NCBI GenBank assembly: GCA_000146045.2
Contig: BK006944.2
Coordinates: forward strand, 448,001-512,000
Origin: TPA_inf: Saccharomyces
Taxonomy: Eukaryota
Direction: 5' to 3'
Length of the DNA stretch: 64,000 nt
The position numbers and the translations under genes are program-made. The number at the start of each line of letters is the position of its first letter. Within the stretch, counting starts at the first letter, position 1. The notes under the pieces were generated by a model. The model did no database searches. It was not told where the DNA came from and saw only the letters and a program-made list of their open reading frames with translations. Of this stretch, positions 43,364 to 56,300 are shown one piece after another.

Positions 43364-45661
43364 ATGAGTTTTTTATGGGGGTCTACAAAGTCCAAGAAAG
43401 GCAAGAATAAAAAGGCTGCAGGTTCTCTTCCGTCAGGTGTTGTTCCACAGCAACGTGTGAAACCAACACGTAAAAACGTTCCTATAGATTATCCAAGAAC
43501 TTTGGAAAAAGTACATGGTGAAAGTTTAATCTTTAGGACGTCCCTTTTAAGTGAATTGGTGAGCACTGGTAAATCTGGTATTGGTCCTCCAGACTTGATT
43601 CATTGTACAGAGTTAGATAAATTTCACGATGAGAAAATAGGTGAATTCTTTTACATCACGGGGATCGACGCCTCGAGCGTCTCTATGCCAATTGCATTTT
43701 TGAAGCTGATAAAATGGAATGATGGTAAGAAACTAAAATCAGCATCTTTGAAGAACGACGACATCACAACCTACTGCACTTTCAATATCTTTCAAAAATT
43801 GGACATTAGATTAAGATATGAATCTGAAGATGTTTATCAAGTTAATATCGTTGACTGTTTAAATGGCAACAATGAAATACCGTTGAGTGATCTTATTTGG
43901 GAAGAAACTTTCGTTAGCTGTTGCATAAGAAGCGTAATTATTAATTCAGATTTTGAAAGAAAAATACCTGGGCTAGTGGAATTACCATTTGTTTTTGAGA
44001 ACAGATGCGCGAGTGATTATAAAAGGGTGATAGATTCGTTATGCAAATTTTTGCCAAGATTTTTAGAATGTGGTTGGGATTCTACAAAGAGCGTCTATGC
44101 AACGATACTGAATAACTACCTAACTGAATCATTATTAGTATTTCTGTCTATAACTCCAGAATTCATAACAGACTATGCGATCCAGGTTTTAGACAACTTG
44201 ATGACGAATGACCCGTCAAATTCTAGATATTACGCTATTGTAATTATTTCTATCATGGAGCGAAGTAATGACCGCGATGTAGAAATGATCAAACGGATAC
44301 ACGAGATATTAGACCTATTACTACCCGTACTGTATGGATTGCCATCCGATGAACCTTACATTTCTGATTTGATCAATTGCATCACCGATGTATTAAGCAT
44401 CCAAGCAAGGTTTCTATTGAACAATAACGACTATGAACTTTCTTTATCCATTTCCACATTGGCCACGAATTTATCTTCTGATAATTTTGAATCTTGGTAT
44501 CTGTTATCTAAAGGCTATATTTTTTCACAACAGTATGATAAGGCACTGCTCTCAATCAATTCGATGCCCTGTTTAGCGGAATATGATATCGTTAAACAAG
44601 CCCAGATTAACGCTTTTAAGTTTTATATGAACTACTACAAGGCACCACTATGTCATAGCAGAGAACACTGTACCATGACATCACACGAGTTAAATCACCT
44701 CATGAATATTATGCATTATGAAAATGAGTTGGAGTTGAAGACAATAATATTTGGACGCACTGTAATGCCCAATGAATCTAAGTATGGATGTATTGAAGAG
44801 ATATGGAATAAATCCTGTCTTGAATTAGGACCTATTTGTGGACCACAGAGTGACAATCTCATAAACTTTGTATCTCAGCAGGAGGTAAATACAGTAGGAG
44901 ATATGCTGTTACTAAAACGAAGCAAAGAAACCAGACAAGAGAGTTGGTTTATAAAGCAAGTACGTCTTCTGTTGATGGAATTAGTCGCTAGAATCGGCTG
45001 GAACGCCTTACTTCAGCTAAGATCTGACGTTTTCGTTATGGAGAGTAAATTCAAAATGATAGAATCTTCGGACAAGCTGTCCACAGAATTACGCCAGAAG
45101 AGGCTCTGTCAGAGATGGTTTGATGCTATGTTTCTGGACGTTTACGAAGATTTAAGTATTAGCACTTCATCTCAAGAAAATAAGGCTACGGCGAAATACA
45201 GCGGGTTGGAATGGGAACTACTTGGCTTAACTCTGCTTCGAGTGAGTGACTTACCCGATGCAGTAGCGTGTCTACGAACTAGTATTTTGGCAAGGTTTGA
45301 CCCTATTAGTTGTCACCATCTGTTGAACTTTTATTTAACCATGGATTTTAATGATGAGTTTATGAGAAGGTTTGACGTCGATATCATTTTAGATCTATTA
45401 GTGAAATTGATCTCCTTTCGGATACGATTCTATGATAGATTTCAGATATTTTCCCTTCAAGTACTAAGGAAACTAGAGGGACAGCTGGGCTCCGAAATTA
45501 TTAAGAATAAAATAATTAATTCTCCTTACGGGCAAGCTGGCATCACTTCGGTGATAGATTATATGCTTGAATGCCTCTCTAAAAATAGGAATGAAGCCTG
45601 CCTAGCCTATGAACGCCCTCTTCCAGATCTTCCTTCCACTATCAAACCTCTGGCAGACTAA
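43364..45661 (+). CDS. BCH2: ChAPs family exomer cargo adaptor (Chs5-Arf1 binding protein), 765 aa. The ORF is open 26 codons further upstream to 43286.
   Basis: 791-aa ORF. I recall the protein as 765 aa, starting at MSFLWGSTKSKKG. Confidence 0.75.
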   Translation: MSFLWGSTKSKKGKNKKAAGSLPSGVVPQQRVKPTRKNVPIDYPRTLEKVHGESLIFRTSLLSELVSTGKSGIGPPDLIHCTELDKFHDEKIGEFFYITGIDASSVSMPIAFLKLIKWNDGKKLKSASLKNDDITTYCTFNIFQKLDIRLRYESEDVYQVNIVDCLNGNNEIPLSDLIWEETFVSCCIRSVIINSDFERKIPGLVELPFVFENRCASDYKRVIDSLCKFLPRFLECGWDSTKSVYATILNNYLTESLLVFLSITPEFITDYAIQVLDNLMTNDPSNSRYYAIVIISIMERSNDRDVEMIKRIHEILDLLLPVLYGLPSDEPYISDLINCITDVLSIQARFLLNNNDYELSLSISTLATNLSSDNFESWYLLSKGYIFSQQYDKALLSINSMPCLAEYDIVKQAQINAFKFYMNYYKAPLCHSREHCTMTSHELNHLMNIMHYENELELKTIIFGRTVMPNESKYGCIEEIWNKSCLELGPICGPQSDNLINFVSQQEVNTVGDMLLLKRSKETRQESWFIKQVRLLLMELVARIGWNALLQLRSDVFVMESKFKMIESSDKLSTELRQKRLCQRWFDAMFLDVYEDLSISTSSQENKATAKYSGLEWELLGLTLLRVSDLPDAVACLRTSILARFDPISCHHLLNFYLTMDFNDEFMRRFDVDIILDLLVKLISFRIRFYDRFQIFSLQVLRKLEGQLGSEIIKNKIINSPYGQAGITSVIDYMLECLSKNRNEACLAYERPLPDLPSTIKPLAD

Positions 45662-45687
45662 CTGATCAAATTGATTTAATGAATCTA

Positions 45688-45716
45688 TATATATATACTG
45701 TGTGTGTGTGTCTGTA
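45688..45716. repeat. Compound (TA)6(TG)6 microsatellite in the BCH2 3' / SAP190 5' intergenic region
   Basis: tatatatatatactgtgtgtgtgtgtctg. Confidence 0.9.
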
Positions 45717-46256
45717 TTCTTAATGGACAAATTTACGGCGATAATGCTAATACTTTAGCGCGGGTAATATCCTAATAGTAATTTTTCAACGATTTGACAG
45801 AGTAAAAAATGACCAGCGTAAAAATAACATCAATACGTCAAGGGTATACTAGACCCTTTTCAGCTCTTTCCTTGTCCATTCGAAGACATATCAAAGATAA
45901 GAAAGGTGTTGGATATTTACTATTGTAATTTCACCTTTTATTTCTTTTTTTTTGACGGGCAATTGTTTGTTCGTAATAGATTTTCTATCAAGTCAAGAAT
46001 TTTTTATTCTTGCAAAGGCCGGCTCACGAATAAAGAGTTGCATTTGCCTTGCAATTCGTACGGTTAATTGTCATTTTTTCTATTTGTATTATAAGATACG
46101 AAGGGTACCTCATTGAAGTATTTTCACCTTTAGCATTTTCTTTATCATCTTTTGTTTTGTTTGTTCATTTACTTTAGCGTTTAGTTGATAAGTCCTGTTA
46201 TCCTCTTCTTTTATTTCATTTCTTCATTTACTTAACTGCGAGAAGATTATAATAGC

Positions 46257-49200
46257 ATGTCAGGTTCTTTCTGGAAGTTTGGTCAGGATTACTCGATAGA
46301 GTCACCGGTTTCTAAGATTCTAAATAGTGCCTTTATTAAAATCAATAAGGACCAAGATGACGACGTACCTACCGGCACATGTGAAGAAAATATTGCTGAT
46401 GACGAAGATAACTCTTCACATGACTACGCTGCTTCTGAAGATAATGTAGTTAACGAGAACGAAGAGAAGGAAGAAGAAAATACTCTGCCCACTACAGAAT
46501 CGGAATATGAAAATTATAGACCTAATTTGGACGTCTTAGACGATTTGCTGGATGATGACGAACTGTATACGGAATTAATGTGTTCAAATTTCAAGCTACT
46601 AATATTCTTGAAGTATCCTGATGTTTTATCAAAATTGATAGAATATGTTACCAACGAGAAGATTCTCGACGAAGAAACAGATAGCGCTAAAAAGCCAGAG
46701 ATTATTGAAGGTGTAAACGATCATCCTATTTTGATAGAAAGAGACAGAAAGGATAAAAAGGAGGACGCTGAAGAAGGAGGCGACTCAGAAGAAACTACAA
46801 ATGATAGCGATCATGACTCTGGGGACGAAAGAAGTGTTGATTCTGAAGAGACAAGCATTACTTTGCCACCGGAATCTGAGGAACAAGTGGAGACTAGAAG
46901 GGCAAGGATAGCTGCTGAAATTTTATCGGCTGATGTATGGCCTATATCCGCAGCAATAATGCAAAATAAGGATCTTCTTGGTAGATTGTGGTCGATACTA
47001 GATCACCCAGCTCCCTTACCGATACCAGCTTCCACCTACTTCATGAAAATAAATGAAAGACTTCTCGATATGGATATAACGGGGATGTTAGAGTTTATAT
47101 TAAGCCGAGACAGCTTGGTTGCAAGGTTCTTGACACATGTTGACAATCCGTCTTTGATGGACTTCCTTTTGAAAGTTATCTCGACGGATAAACCTGACTC
47201 TCCCACGGGTGTCATAAAGATACTAAAATCACAGGAATTAATACCTAAACTTTTAGATCATCTTAATCCAGAATACGGTATTTCCACTCAGTCTGCGGCA
47301 GGCGATTTTATTAAGGCATTCGTCACGTTAAGCACTAACTCAAGCAATGAACTTGCTTCGGGAATAGGTCCTAATGAATTGACAAGGCAATTAGTATCAG
47401 AAGAAATGATAGAAAAGTTGATTAAGATAATGCTAAAGGGCGGTACATCCTTAAGTAATGGTGTTGGAATTATCATAGAGTTGATCAGGAAGAATAACTC
47501 AGATTATGATTTCATCCAACTAGTCTACACTACCCTAGAAAGTCACCCTCCCACTGATCGAGATCCAATTCACTTGATACATTTAGTCAAACTTTTTGCT
47601 AAGCATATGCCTGATTTTGCTGATATGCTGGATAAAACCAAGTTGCCACTAATGGAAATGCCATTCGGTAATATTGAACCTCTGGGATTTGAGAGGTTTA
47701 AAATCTGTGAACTTATTGCAGAACTATTGCACTGTTCTAATATGACGCTGCTAAATGAGCCCAATGGTGAGATGATTGCCCAAGAACGTGATATAGAAAG
47801 GGCCAAAGAATTAGAAACTTCAACCGAAAAGGAAAATATAACAGCTATTGTGGACAATAAATCATCATATTATGATAAGGATTGCGTAGAGAAGGATATC
47901 ACAGAAAATTTAGGCGCTCTTCAAATAAATAATCAAGGAAGTGAAGAAGATGAATTAAATGATACTGGGGTATCAAGTGTAAAACTAGATGTGAAATCAG
48001 ACGCAAAGGTAGTTGAGGGGCTAGAAAATGATGCTTCTGGAGTAGAGTTGTATGATGAAACCTTGTCTGACACAGAATCCGTGAGAGAATGCCTAAGGGA
48101 AAAACCGCTAGTTGGAGACAGGCTGAAGATTGCTCTAGAAGACACTAAGATACTGATTAGTATCCTTGATATGTTCACTGAGTTCCCTTGGAATAATTTT
48201 TTGCATAATGTAATTTTTGATATTGCCCAGCAAATATTCAATGGTCCCCTCAAAACTGGTTATAATAGGTTCCTCTTGAAAGATTATTTGGTTGATGCAT
48301 ACCTAACTAAAAAGATAGTAGATGCGGATAAGGCATGTCAAGACTATGAAAAAAAGACCGGTTTACGTTATGGTTATATGGGTCATTTGACATTAGTTGC
48401 CGAAGAAATATCGAAGTTCAAAGAGTATATTGATGAAATGAAGCTAACTTTTTGCAATACCGCTGTTTCAGATCGACTTGAGGAACCATTTTGGAAAGAA
48501 TATAGTGAAACGATCTTGGCTGATACAAGAGAGAAGTATAACACCGTTTTGGGAGATTTTGGCAATGACCAAGAAAGCGATGACGATGTTATTAGGAATT
48601 CTGATTCTGAGGATATAATTGGTGATACAGAGGGCAACGAAAACTACGGAAATGGAGAAAACGATGAACTTCTTAGTAACGGGCATGATTCTGGGAACAT
48701 GGATTTATATTATAACTTCAATAATAACGAGAATGAAGAAAATGAAGAAGATTACGCAGAGTATAGTGATGTGGATAATAAAAATTACTATAATAACGTC
48801 GAGACTAACGACGATGATTATGATAGTGATGATGGTAAATCCAAAAGTGCCGAATCAGAGTTTACCGATAAAATATCTGAACATAGGGATGGCAATAGTC
48901 TCTATAATGAGGACAATGATGAAAACGGGAGTGACAAATGGACATCGGGTACTTCATTGTTCCCTCCAGACCATTTTCCTAGTAGGTCACAACCTTCAGA
49001 TCCTAAACTGCAAGACCAGAATATTTTTCACCATCAGTTTGACTTTGAAGGTGTTGGCGATGACGATGACTATATGGATCCTAATGATGATGGCCAGTCA
49101 TATGCCAGACCTGGTAATCCATTGTATACTACCCCGAAAACACCACCAAGACCGAAGACTATTCTTTTCAATTCTTTATCCGCATTGGATAATAATGGCG

Positions 49201-49358
49201 AAGACGAAGAAGTGGCACTAGGCACCAGTGTTGATGATCGAATGGATAACGAGATATCAAGCGATGAAGAAGACTCCGAAGATGAAGATGAAGAGAATGA
49301 TATGGGCAATGAGGAGGGCTACTCATTATATAGGTCAAGAAGTAAAGAAGCTTTCTGA
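46257..49358 (+). CDS. SAP190: SIT4 phosphatase-associated protein, 1033 aa, with acidic Asn/Asp/Glu-rich C-terminal low-complexity tail
   Basis: 1033-aa ORF with a SAPS-family central region, at the expected position. Confidence 0.82.
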   Translation: MSGSFWKFGQDYSIESPVSKILNSAFIKINKDQDDDVPTGTCEENIADDEDNSSHDYAASEDNVVNENEEKEEENTLPTTESEYENYRPNLDVLDDLLDDDELYTELMCSNFKLLIFLKYPDVLSKLIEYVTNEKILDEETDSAKKPEIIEGVNDHPILIERDRKDKKEDAEEGGDSEETTNDSDHDSGDERSVDSEETSITLPPESEEQVETRRARIAAEILSADVWPISAAIMQNKDLLGRLWSILDHPAPLPIPASTYFMKINERLLDMDITGMLEFILSRDSLVARFLTHVDNPSLMDFLLKVISTDKPDSPTGVIKILKSQELIPKLLDHLNPEYGISTQSAAGDFIKAFVTLSTNSSNELASGIGPNELTRQLVSEEMIEKLIKIMLKGGTSLSNGVGIIIELIRKNNSDYDFIQLVYTTLESHPPTDRDPIHLIHLVKLFAKHMPDFADMLDKTKLPLMEMPFGNIEPLGFERFKICELIAELLHCSNMTLLNEPNGEMIAQERDIERAKELETSTEKENITAIVDNKSSYYDKDCVEKDITENLGALQINNQGSEEDELNDTGVSSVKLDVKSDAKVVEGLENDASGVELYDETLSDTESVRECLREKPLVGDRLKIALEDTKILISILDMFTEFPWNNFLHNVIFDIAQQIFNGPLKTGYNRFLLKDYLVDAYLTKKIVDADKACQDYEKKTGLRYGYMGHLTLVAEEISKFKEYIDEMKLTFCNTAVSDRLEEPFWKEYSETILADTREKYNTVLGDFGNDQESDDDVIRNSDSEDIIGDTEGNENYGNGENDELLSNGHDSGNMDLYYNFNNNENEENEEDYAEYSDVDNKNYYNNVETNDDDYDSDDGKSKSAESEFTDKISEHRDGNSLYNEDNDENGSDKWTSGTSLFPPDHFPSRSQPSDPKLQDQNIFHHQFDFEGVGDDDDYMDPNDDGQSYARPGNPLYTTPKTPPRPKTILFNSLSALDNNGEDEEVALGTSVDDRMDNEISSDEEDSEDEDEENDMGNEEGYSLYRSRSKEAF

Positions 49359-49577
49359 ACTAAAACATTCACATTGTCACATTTTCACCCTTTATTCATC
49401 AATTTTTTATTGCTCCACTTTTTTCGCATATAGGTCATTTATAATTCATCAAATATATACTTTTTTAATTGAGGCTTGTAATTTAATATTAACCGAATAT
49501 AATCTTATAAAGAATAATGAATATTCACTTTTGAATATACTTAAGTTTATATAGGTGTAAGAAGGAAATGTCCATGT

Positions 49578-51833
49578 TTATTTCAGTAGTTTTTTTCTGT
49601 AATCCGCAAAGCTTAATTTCTTTTTCGAATGCAGTTGTGAGGACGAAAAATCTGATAAGTGCATTATACTTTCTGGAGTGGATTCTCGCCTTGAATTAAC
49701 CGAAGCTTCTGTCATGATTTCTTTTGTTTTTGCTTGACTGTGTTGTGCTTCCTTTGACAGTTCTTTATTGAAATTTGAAAGAGAAGGGGTTCTACTTAAT
49801 TTATGTTCATTCTTTGATTGACTCTCTTCGACATCGTTTGCAGTTTGCCTTGACGTCTTGTTTATTGGTAAAAGAACTGGAATTGGTAATTCTTCAATAT
49901 TGGTAATGTGTGATTCGTCATAATCTGTGCTCTTCGTAATTATTAAAGGTTTTTCTGAAGTTTCATTTTTTTTGGGAACAGAAATATTAGAAGAATGTTG
50001 TGCAAATAAGGCGAATTTGAAGGGTTTTGCAATATCATCAGGATTATTTGTACTATCAATAGTATTCTTTTGAGGAATTTTTGGACCATTATTTCGATTA
50101 AGGAATTTTTGTCGATAAAAATTATTCAAAAGTATTGGAGCTCTTTCTATAGTATTTTGAGCCTTTTCTTCTAGCCTATGCAAAATTGGTGGCTCACGTC
50201 TCTTTTTGCAATTATATTGGTTGAGAATTTCATTTAATTTATATCTGTTGTTCATTTTTCCTCTGGATTTCACAGATTTATAAAGACTTTGCGCGTATCT
50301 CTTCACTTTCAATAAATAACAATCTTTAGAATTATTTCCACAGCCGCATTCGCCGTTACTCAAAATTGTTTCTACCGAATTTATCAGCCCATACCTTTCA
50401 AGGTCATCTAAAGAGTCTATTGTCATGCCCTTTATTAATTTTAATATAGGATGTTTTGAATCCCACTGCCATTTGATGTATAACTCCTCATCCTCTGAAA
50501 TATCTCTCAAAGCTCTTAAAACAAATTTTATTCTACTTGATTTTCTTCCACTGCTTTTGTCATTCCTATTGTCTGTATCTTGCAGTTTTATAGTTACTAA
50601 TTCAACATTCGGCTGGCAACTTCTTCTCAAATACCTAGTTGAATTGCCTGATAAGCGTGCATCTATATATATCGGCCAATGGGAATGGAAAATGACCCTT
50701 CTTTTAGCTGTACCCCATATCCTGTAATGGTTTCGTGGGTCAGTGAGATAATTTTTATAGAAGTCCAATTCGCCTAAAATTTCTTGAATGAAATCACCTT
50801 TTATGCAGTCCTTTTTGAGATAAACTCCTAATTTCGTGAAGCCTGGGTAAGTCCTGGAATATGCAATGTCAGCATACGGTTTGACTTCAATTGACACAGA
50901 TTTAAAGGTCTTATGAGGATATTGTATGACCCAATTATCATCCATATGTTTATTTAAGAACGGTTCGATCAGATCACTTTTAAACACATTGTCTTTCAAG
51001 GGCAAGTATATTGCACCATATGCGTCTTTTGCACTCAGGAAATGCTCTTTTTTCTTGGGCATAGAAGTCAATCCATCGGAAGAATTGACAGAAGCGCTTT
51101 CGTTTTTGGAGTCTATACTATTATTTGATGGGTTTCTTTTCCTTCTTTTGTCCCTGTGGTTAGTATTGTCCTGATCCGTTGAAAAGCTATCGCCAACGTC
51201 ACTAATAGTTGTACTCGATGCTCTGTCCCGACCGTTATTCTTATTACTAGCACTATTGTTTGATGAAGAAGGTTCTACTGTTTTTACGTTTATGCGTTCC
51301 TGCTGTATTTTCCTAGCCAAGTTAATGTCTACCTCTCTTGGATCACATGAGTTGCAAAGGTAATCATCAGGTGCCATCCCAATATCTTTGATGCCATAGC
51401 AAATAGCATGCTGCCATCTGTTGCAGTGGTCACATTGGATAGTGAATCCATCATCATCATTTAAATCACATATACATGTAATTATACCCGCGTCAGGATC
51501 GACTATATACGAATCAGGTACCGGCCATTGAGGTTGCTTTTGAGGTTGATTTTCGGTCTCTTCTTTTGCTGCCGTGGATGTTGCTGCTTCTGCCGCCGAT
51601 TGCTCAGTAGCTTTCTTTAAAGGTAAAGAAACTGTGGATGCTGTAGCCAGTGCTGCTGCTGCCATTTCTATTGCTCCTTTTTTTTCTCTCTCATGAGACT
51701 CATCATGCTCAATAGTATCTGTTTTAGAGCCTATTTTTGAAGCTTCTTCAGCTCTTTTTTTCCCTTTTGAAAACAATAACAATGTGGATGCATCATCTAG
51801 GAGCGACTGCTCTTTGGAATTAGGTACTGACAT
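49578..51833 (-). CDS. SET3: SET3C histone-deacetylase-complex subunit with PHD finger and SET domain, 751 aa
   Basis: PHD finger [31 protein letters not shown]-domain blocks (...[10 protein letters not shown]...). Confidence 0.88.
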
Positions 51834-52281
51834 GATTCAGTTCTCGTATTTTGTGAAGTACGATCTAAAACTGTTGTATATACGCTTTAAATCATGTTTA
51901 CTAGAAAGGTCCTTTATTACTACTTTCTGTATATAGCATGTCGTTGATAATGATATGCATCTATCATGACATAGTAAGATGAATGAGTTGGTTGAACAAT
52001 TTCCAGGGAAACAAAGGACTAGTTTCATGTCTTTAATGTTTTTTTACGAATAATATACCATGCTATAAAAGTATTATAATAAAAGGTATCGACTACCTGT
52101 AATCTAGAATGATAATTTCATACAACGATCACTTCCAACGGTTAAATAATTACCAATAGACCTTACTAGAATATTAAACTTAACAGGTTTAAATTTTGTT
52201 GAAATAACTGCAAAAAGCCAGAAAGAAACAGATTTGCACTATAATTTTTCGATTGCCACTACTTAGTCAACGGATTTATCA

Positions 52282-53103
52282 ATGTCATATTTGCCGACTT
52301 ATTCCAACGACTTGCCAGCAGGCCCGCAAGGCCAGAGGAGGCGTAATAATGGTAATGAAAACGATGCAAGACAAGGCTACGGTCAGCAATCTGTGCCGAT
52401 GGTAATCAGGAGGCTTTTCAAAACGCCAAAGAATTTAGATCTCGAGACAGCCAGCTGGGAAATGTTCCATTTGATTTTCCATCCAAGAAAAGCTTATAGA
52501 TCAATATATTATCAGCGACAGACGAAAAATCAGTGGGCGAGAGATGATCCTTCCTTTTTCATCTTCCAAATAGCCTTAATTTCACTCAGTTCTATTATTT
52601 GGTCGATTTATAATTCAGGTTTCAACAACGACAGTGATATGGGGGCCTTGAGCATTATAGGTCATTTTTTCAAAAGTTTGGTAATGATGGTGATTTTAGA
52701 TTTTTTCATATTTGGATTTATTATGGCAACTATTTTTTACCTTTTGTTGAATAGGTCACATTTTAAATTCAAATCGAGCCAAAATAGTGTGGTAGAGTGG
52801 GCTTATTGTTTCGACGTTCATTGTAATTCATTTTTAATCATCCTACTGTGCCTATACTTCATTCAGTTTTTACTACTGCCCATAATTAATTTACAAAACT
52901 GGATTTCCTTACTCATTGGTAATTCGTTATATTGTTTTGCTATTGGCCATTACTTTATTTTAACCTTTTATGGATACAACCAGTTGCCATTCTTGAAAAA
53001 TTTGAACTTTATACTTTTACCAACATTAGGATTATCGATAATCTATTTAATCAGTTTATTTGGCATCGACTTATCCAAGAAATTAAGCTTTTACAATTAT
53101 TAA
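52282..53103 (+). CDS. GMH1: Golgi membrane protein (Gea1/2 interactor), 273 aa, multipass
   Basis: 273-aa ORF with several hydrophobic TM segments. Confidence 0.85.
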   Translation: MSYLPTYSNDLPAGPQGQRRRNNGNENDARQGYGQQSVPMVIRRLFKTPKNLDLETASWEMFHLIFHPRKAYRSIYYQRQTKNQWARDDPSFFIFQIALISLSSIIWSIYNSGFNNDSDMGALSIIGHFFKSLVMMVILDFFIFGFIMATIFYLLLNRSHFKFKSSQNSVVEWAYCFDVHCNSFLIILLCLYFIQFLLLPIINLQNWISLLIGNSLYCFAIGHYFILTFYGYNQLPFLKNLNFILLPTLGLSIIYLISLFGIDLSKKLSFYNY

Positions 53104-53343
53104 GCAATTGAACACGGAAATAGAAAAAATTTGGTTCTTTAAGATAAAGCACATAAATTACATAATGATATTATTATTATATATATTTGAAGTATAAAAA
53201 TGCAATGAGTAATAAGAGCAATAATGACACTATGGACCAAAAGAATGCATAATGAAAACTGTTTATGTATCAGCGTCGAATGCTTATAACAGATAAAAGG
53301 AAAATACAGGTAATGGTGTGTTCCTGGTCGTTTTTATATTCCC

Positions 53344-56300
53344 TTAATTGTAGATTTCCATTGGAGAAAGTCTATCCGAGTTAAAAATCCAATTTCTACT
53401 CTCAACTTCTTTAGCTAACCATTCGGTTGGGAAAATGACCAAATGACCGTGGATCCTTTCCAAGATTCTCTGCGCCGTATGTTTGTCAAAAACCTTTTGA
53501 TTGAATCCATAAAGCAAACTACCGGATAACTTCATTCTCAATTCAGCGGCTTTTCTCATTTTTTCCTTTTCCCTATCCTTATCTACAACATTTGTAGTAG
53601 TAGAATTAATATTTTCAGCCTCTAAGTCAATCAACTTTTCCTGGTTTATTTGAAATTCTTGTTCTAATTCAGTAAATTCTCCATATTCTTTCCAATTTTG
53701 TACAGCATTATCGGGTTGACAATGAAACACTAATTTATAGAGTAATGTATTTCTCAAGGCTATAGTGAACCATAGCCCTTCAGAAAACGAAGAAATAAGA
53801 GGATCCTCGAAGGAATACGGGTCAATGAAGTTGAGTTTCAATAACTCTTCTTTTTTTGCGTCATCAATTTCACCACTGTTAAAGTTAGTGATCTTAGGAA
53901 TTATCTGAGAAAGTAGATCGTCCAGTGAACCATCATCTAGTTCTTGATTTTTCAAAATATCTTCGTGCAATCTATGATATTCATCGCCTTCGATATCTTG
54001 GTCGACATTAGTGCTTTCTCCTTCATTGCTCTTTTCGTTTAATGGCAGACTATTAGACCCATTTCTGGTACTTTCTGTGCTTGAACTTAAATGTCTTCTC
54101 ATATCTTTGATTTTCTTCAATCTCTGTGTTTTTCTTTCGTCGAGTTTATGAGATAAATATTGCAAGTAGCATATCCTTTTGAGCATACTCCATTTGTTTC
54201 TATTGGTAACAGTTTTATCCGTGAGATACATTTCTAGATCTTTCTCATTGGGCAAATAATTTGAAAATCCTTCTGGAATTTCTGATTTTATCATTTCTTT
54301 ATCGTCAAGAACTTTCGAGGCCAATGAGTTCAATGCCCACTCCTTTAGCTGTTCAGTTGCATCGGCCTTGAATTTTTTGTTGGATTCCTTTTTCCAACAA
54401 TCGGGACCGTAGCCATCAACCTCTTTTTTATGTTCATCATTCTTTCTTAATCTTGGATCAGTACTTAAGACTTTGTGGTCTCGTATACCGACATTTTCAA
54501 TTCCTGCCCTGTGGTTGAATGTTAGCCCTAAAGATGCAAAATTATGTTTGGGCAGAGGCGTTCTCTTACGTGATGATTTACCGTAGTCCACAGAATTGAA
54601 GAATTTTTCATAAACGTTTTCATCTTCTCTTCCCACTTCTTTTTCATTTATGCCACACTGAGTGCTTCCATCATCAACACTGTTTCCATGACCACTCTTC
54701 CATTGAGGGCTAAATTTACAACCAAATATTTCACGATAACCTAGCTCAATCATAGCGGAATCGATCATTTCTCGATCGCTCCAATTGTTACCACTATCTC
54801 CCTCCTTACTTAGGGTATGAAGTTTTTCATAATTCTTTGCAGCAAACTTTTCAAACCTTTCAAATTTCTTTTCAACAAACTCAACAAGATCTACATCACA
54901 ACCTAAATGTTCCCTCATTAATCGCTGCCTTAATTCCCAAGGAAATTTTCCCGCGTAGTAATCGTCACCATTCATTTTGGTCTTTATCAAGTCGGTGTCT
55001 CTAATAAGAATTGCCACCTCACTATCTCTATTACCCAGTTGTGATCTTTCGTTAATATTAGCAGACCCTATAATACATCTTCTGTCATCAGCAATCAGAA
55101 TTTTAGCATGAACGTAGAGCTGCTCGGTGATTAATCTTTCATTAGGCGCAAAAGTCGACCATTTTCTTAGTGAAAAGAACTGAATATATTGAGCTGGGTC
55201 AATATTTAGTTTCTTCAGTTTACTAAATGTAGAATGTTCACCTCTTGAAATTGATTGATATTGGAATTGCATAATTAAACGAAGACTTGAGGCTTCTGCA
55301 GTATCTACTGGAGAATCGAATCCTGGCATTAGTGGGATAAGAATAAAGGCTTTCCAAGGTTTTTTCTCCTGATTAGCTTTGACTATCCTATCAACGAGAG
55401 CATCACCAATTTTATTCAAAACGCAAGTCCCGTTCCAGACAGTTGATGTAATGAAGAATTGATTCTCAATATAAATAAAGTGTTCACTTTGTTCAATTAA
55501 CTTCAGGTAAGCATTTTGAATTGAGCATTCCGTTTCCTTTAGCCCAAGAGACCAGTTCCCAGCACTTCTAAGTATTTGAGTTTCACAAGTCGATTTTTCG
55601 CGTAGAATTTCGAACATCGGCAAACTCTTCAATTCTTCAGCAGTTAAATCTGAAGGCGGGGTTAGTAATGGAGTTAACCTACTAGGTCTCTTAGCTCTCA
55701 ATAAGTAATTCCATCTTTGAACAAAATGTCGGGCTAAGTCTCTTGCTGGCTCACCCAAAGTCATCATTTGCACATCATGCCATGGCATCCTCGGAATGAC
55801 TTTTCTATCATACATTGATTCGAATGGTTTATCTAAATCATGAAAATCAGCAATTCTGGCATTTGAATAATCCTTACCAGGAAAATTTTGATCTAATAAA
55901 GATTCTGCATCATCTCGTAGAACGTGTTCAAAAGTATCATATCTACCATAACATAAATCTGTACCACCAATAAATGCAAATGTTTCATCAATAACGACAA
56001 ACTTCTCGTGGTGTGCCCAAAAATATGTATTTTGTAGCCATTGATTGGGAGACCTTATGATATGTATATTTGGATGTAAATTTAGCATAGAATGCTTGGT
56101 CCAAAGACTATCTGTCCCAACAATATTCCCCACATTCCTATAAATCACAATAAAAATTTTGATACCTTTTTCTGCACAACTTTTCAGCATACGATCAATT
56201 CTAAATCCCTGGTTGCCTTTCACCGGACGTCGCAAGTATAATTCAGGGGATAGCCACCAATCATGGATATATATGACATCCTTTGCCATTAAGAGGGCCT

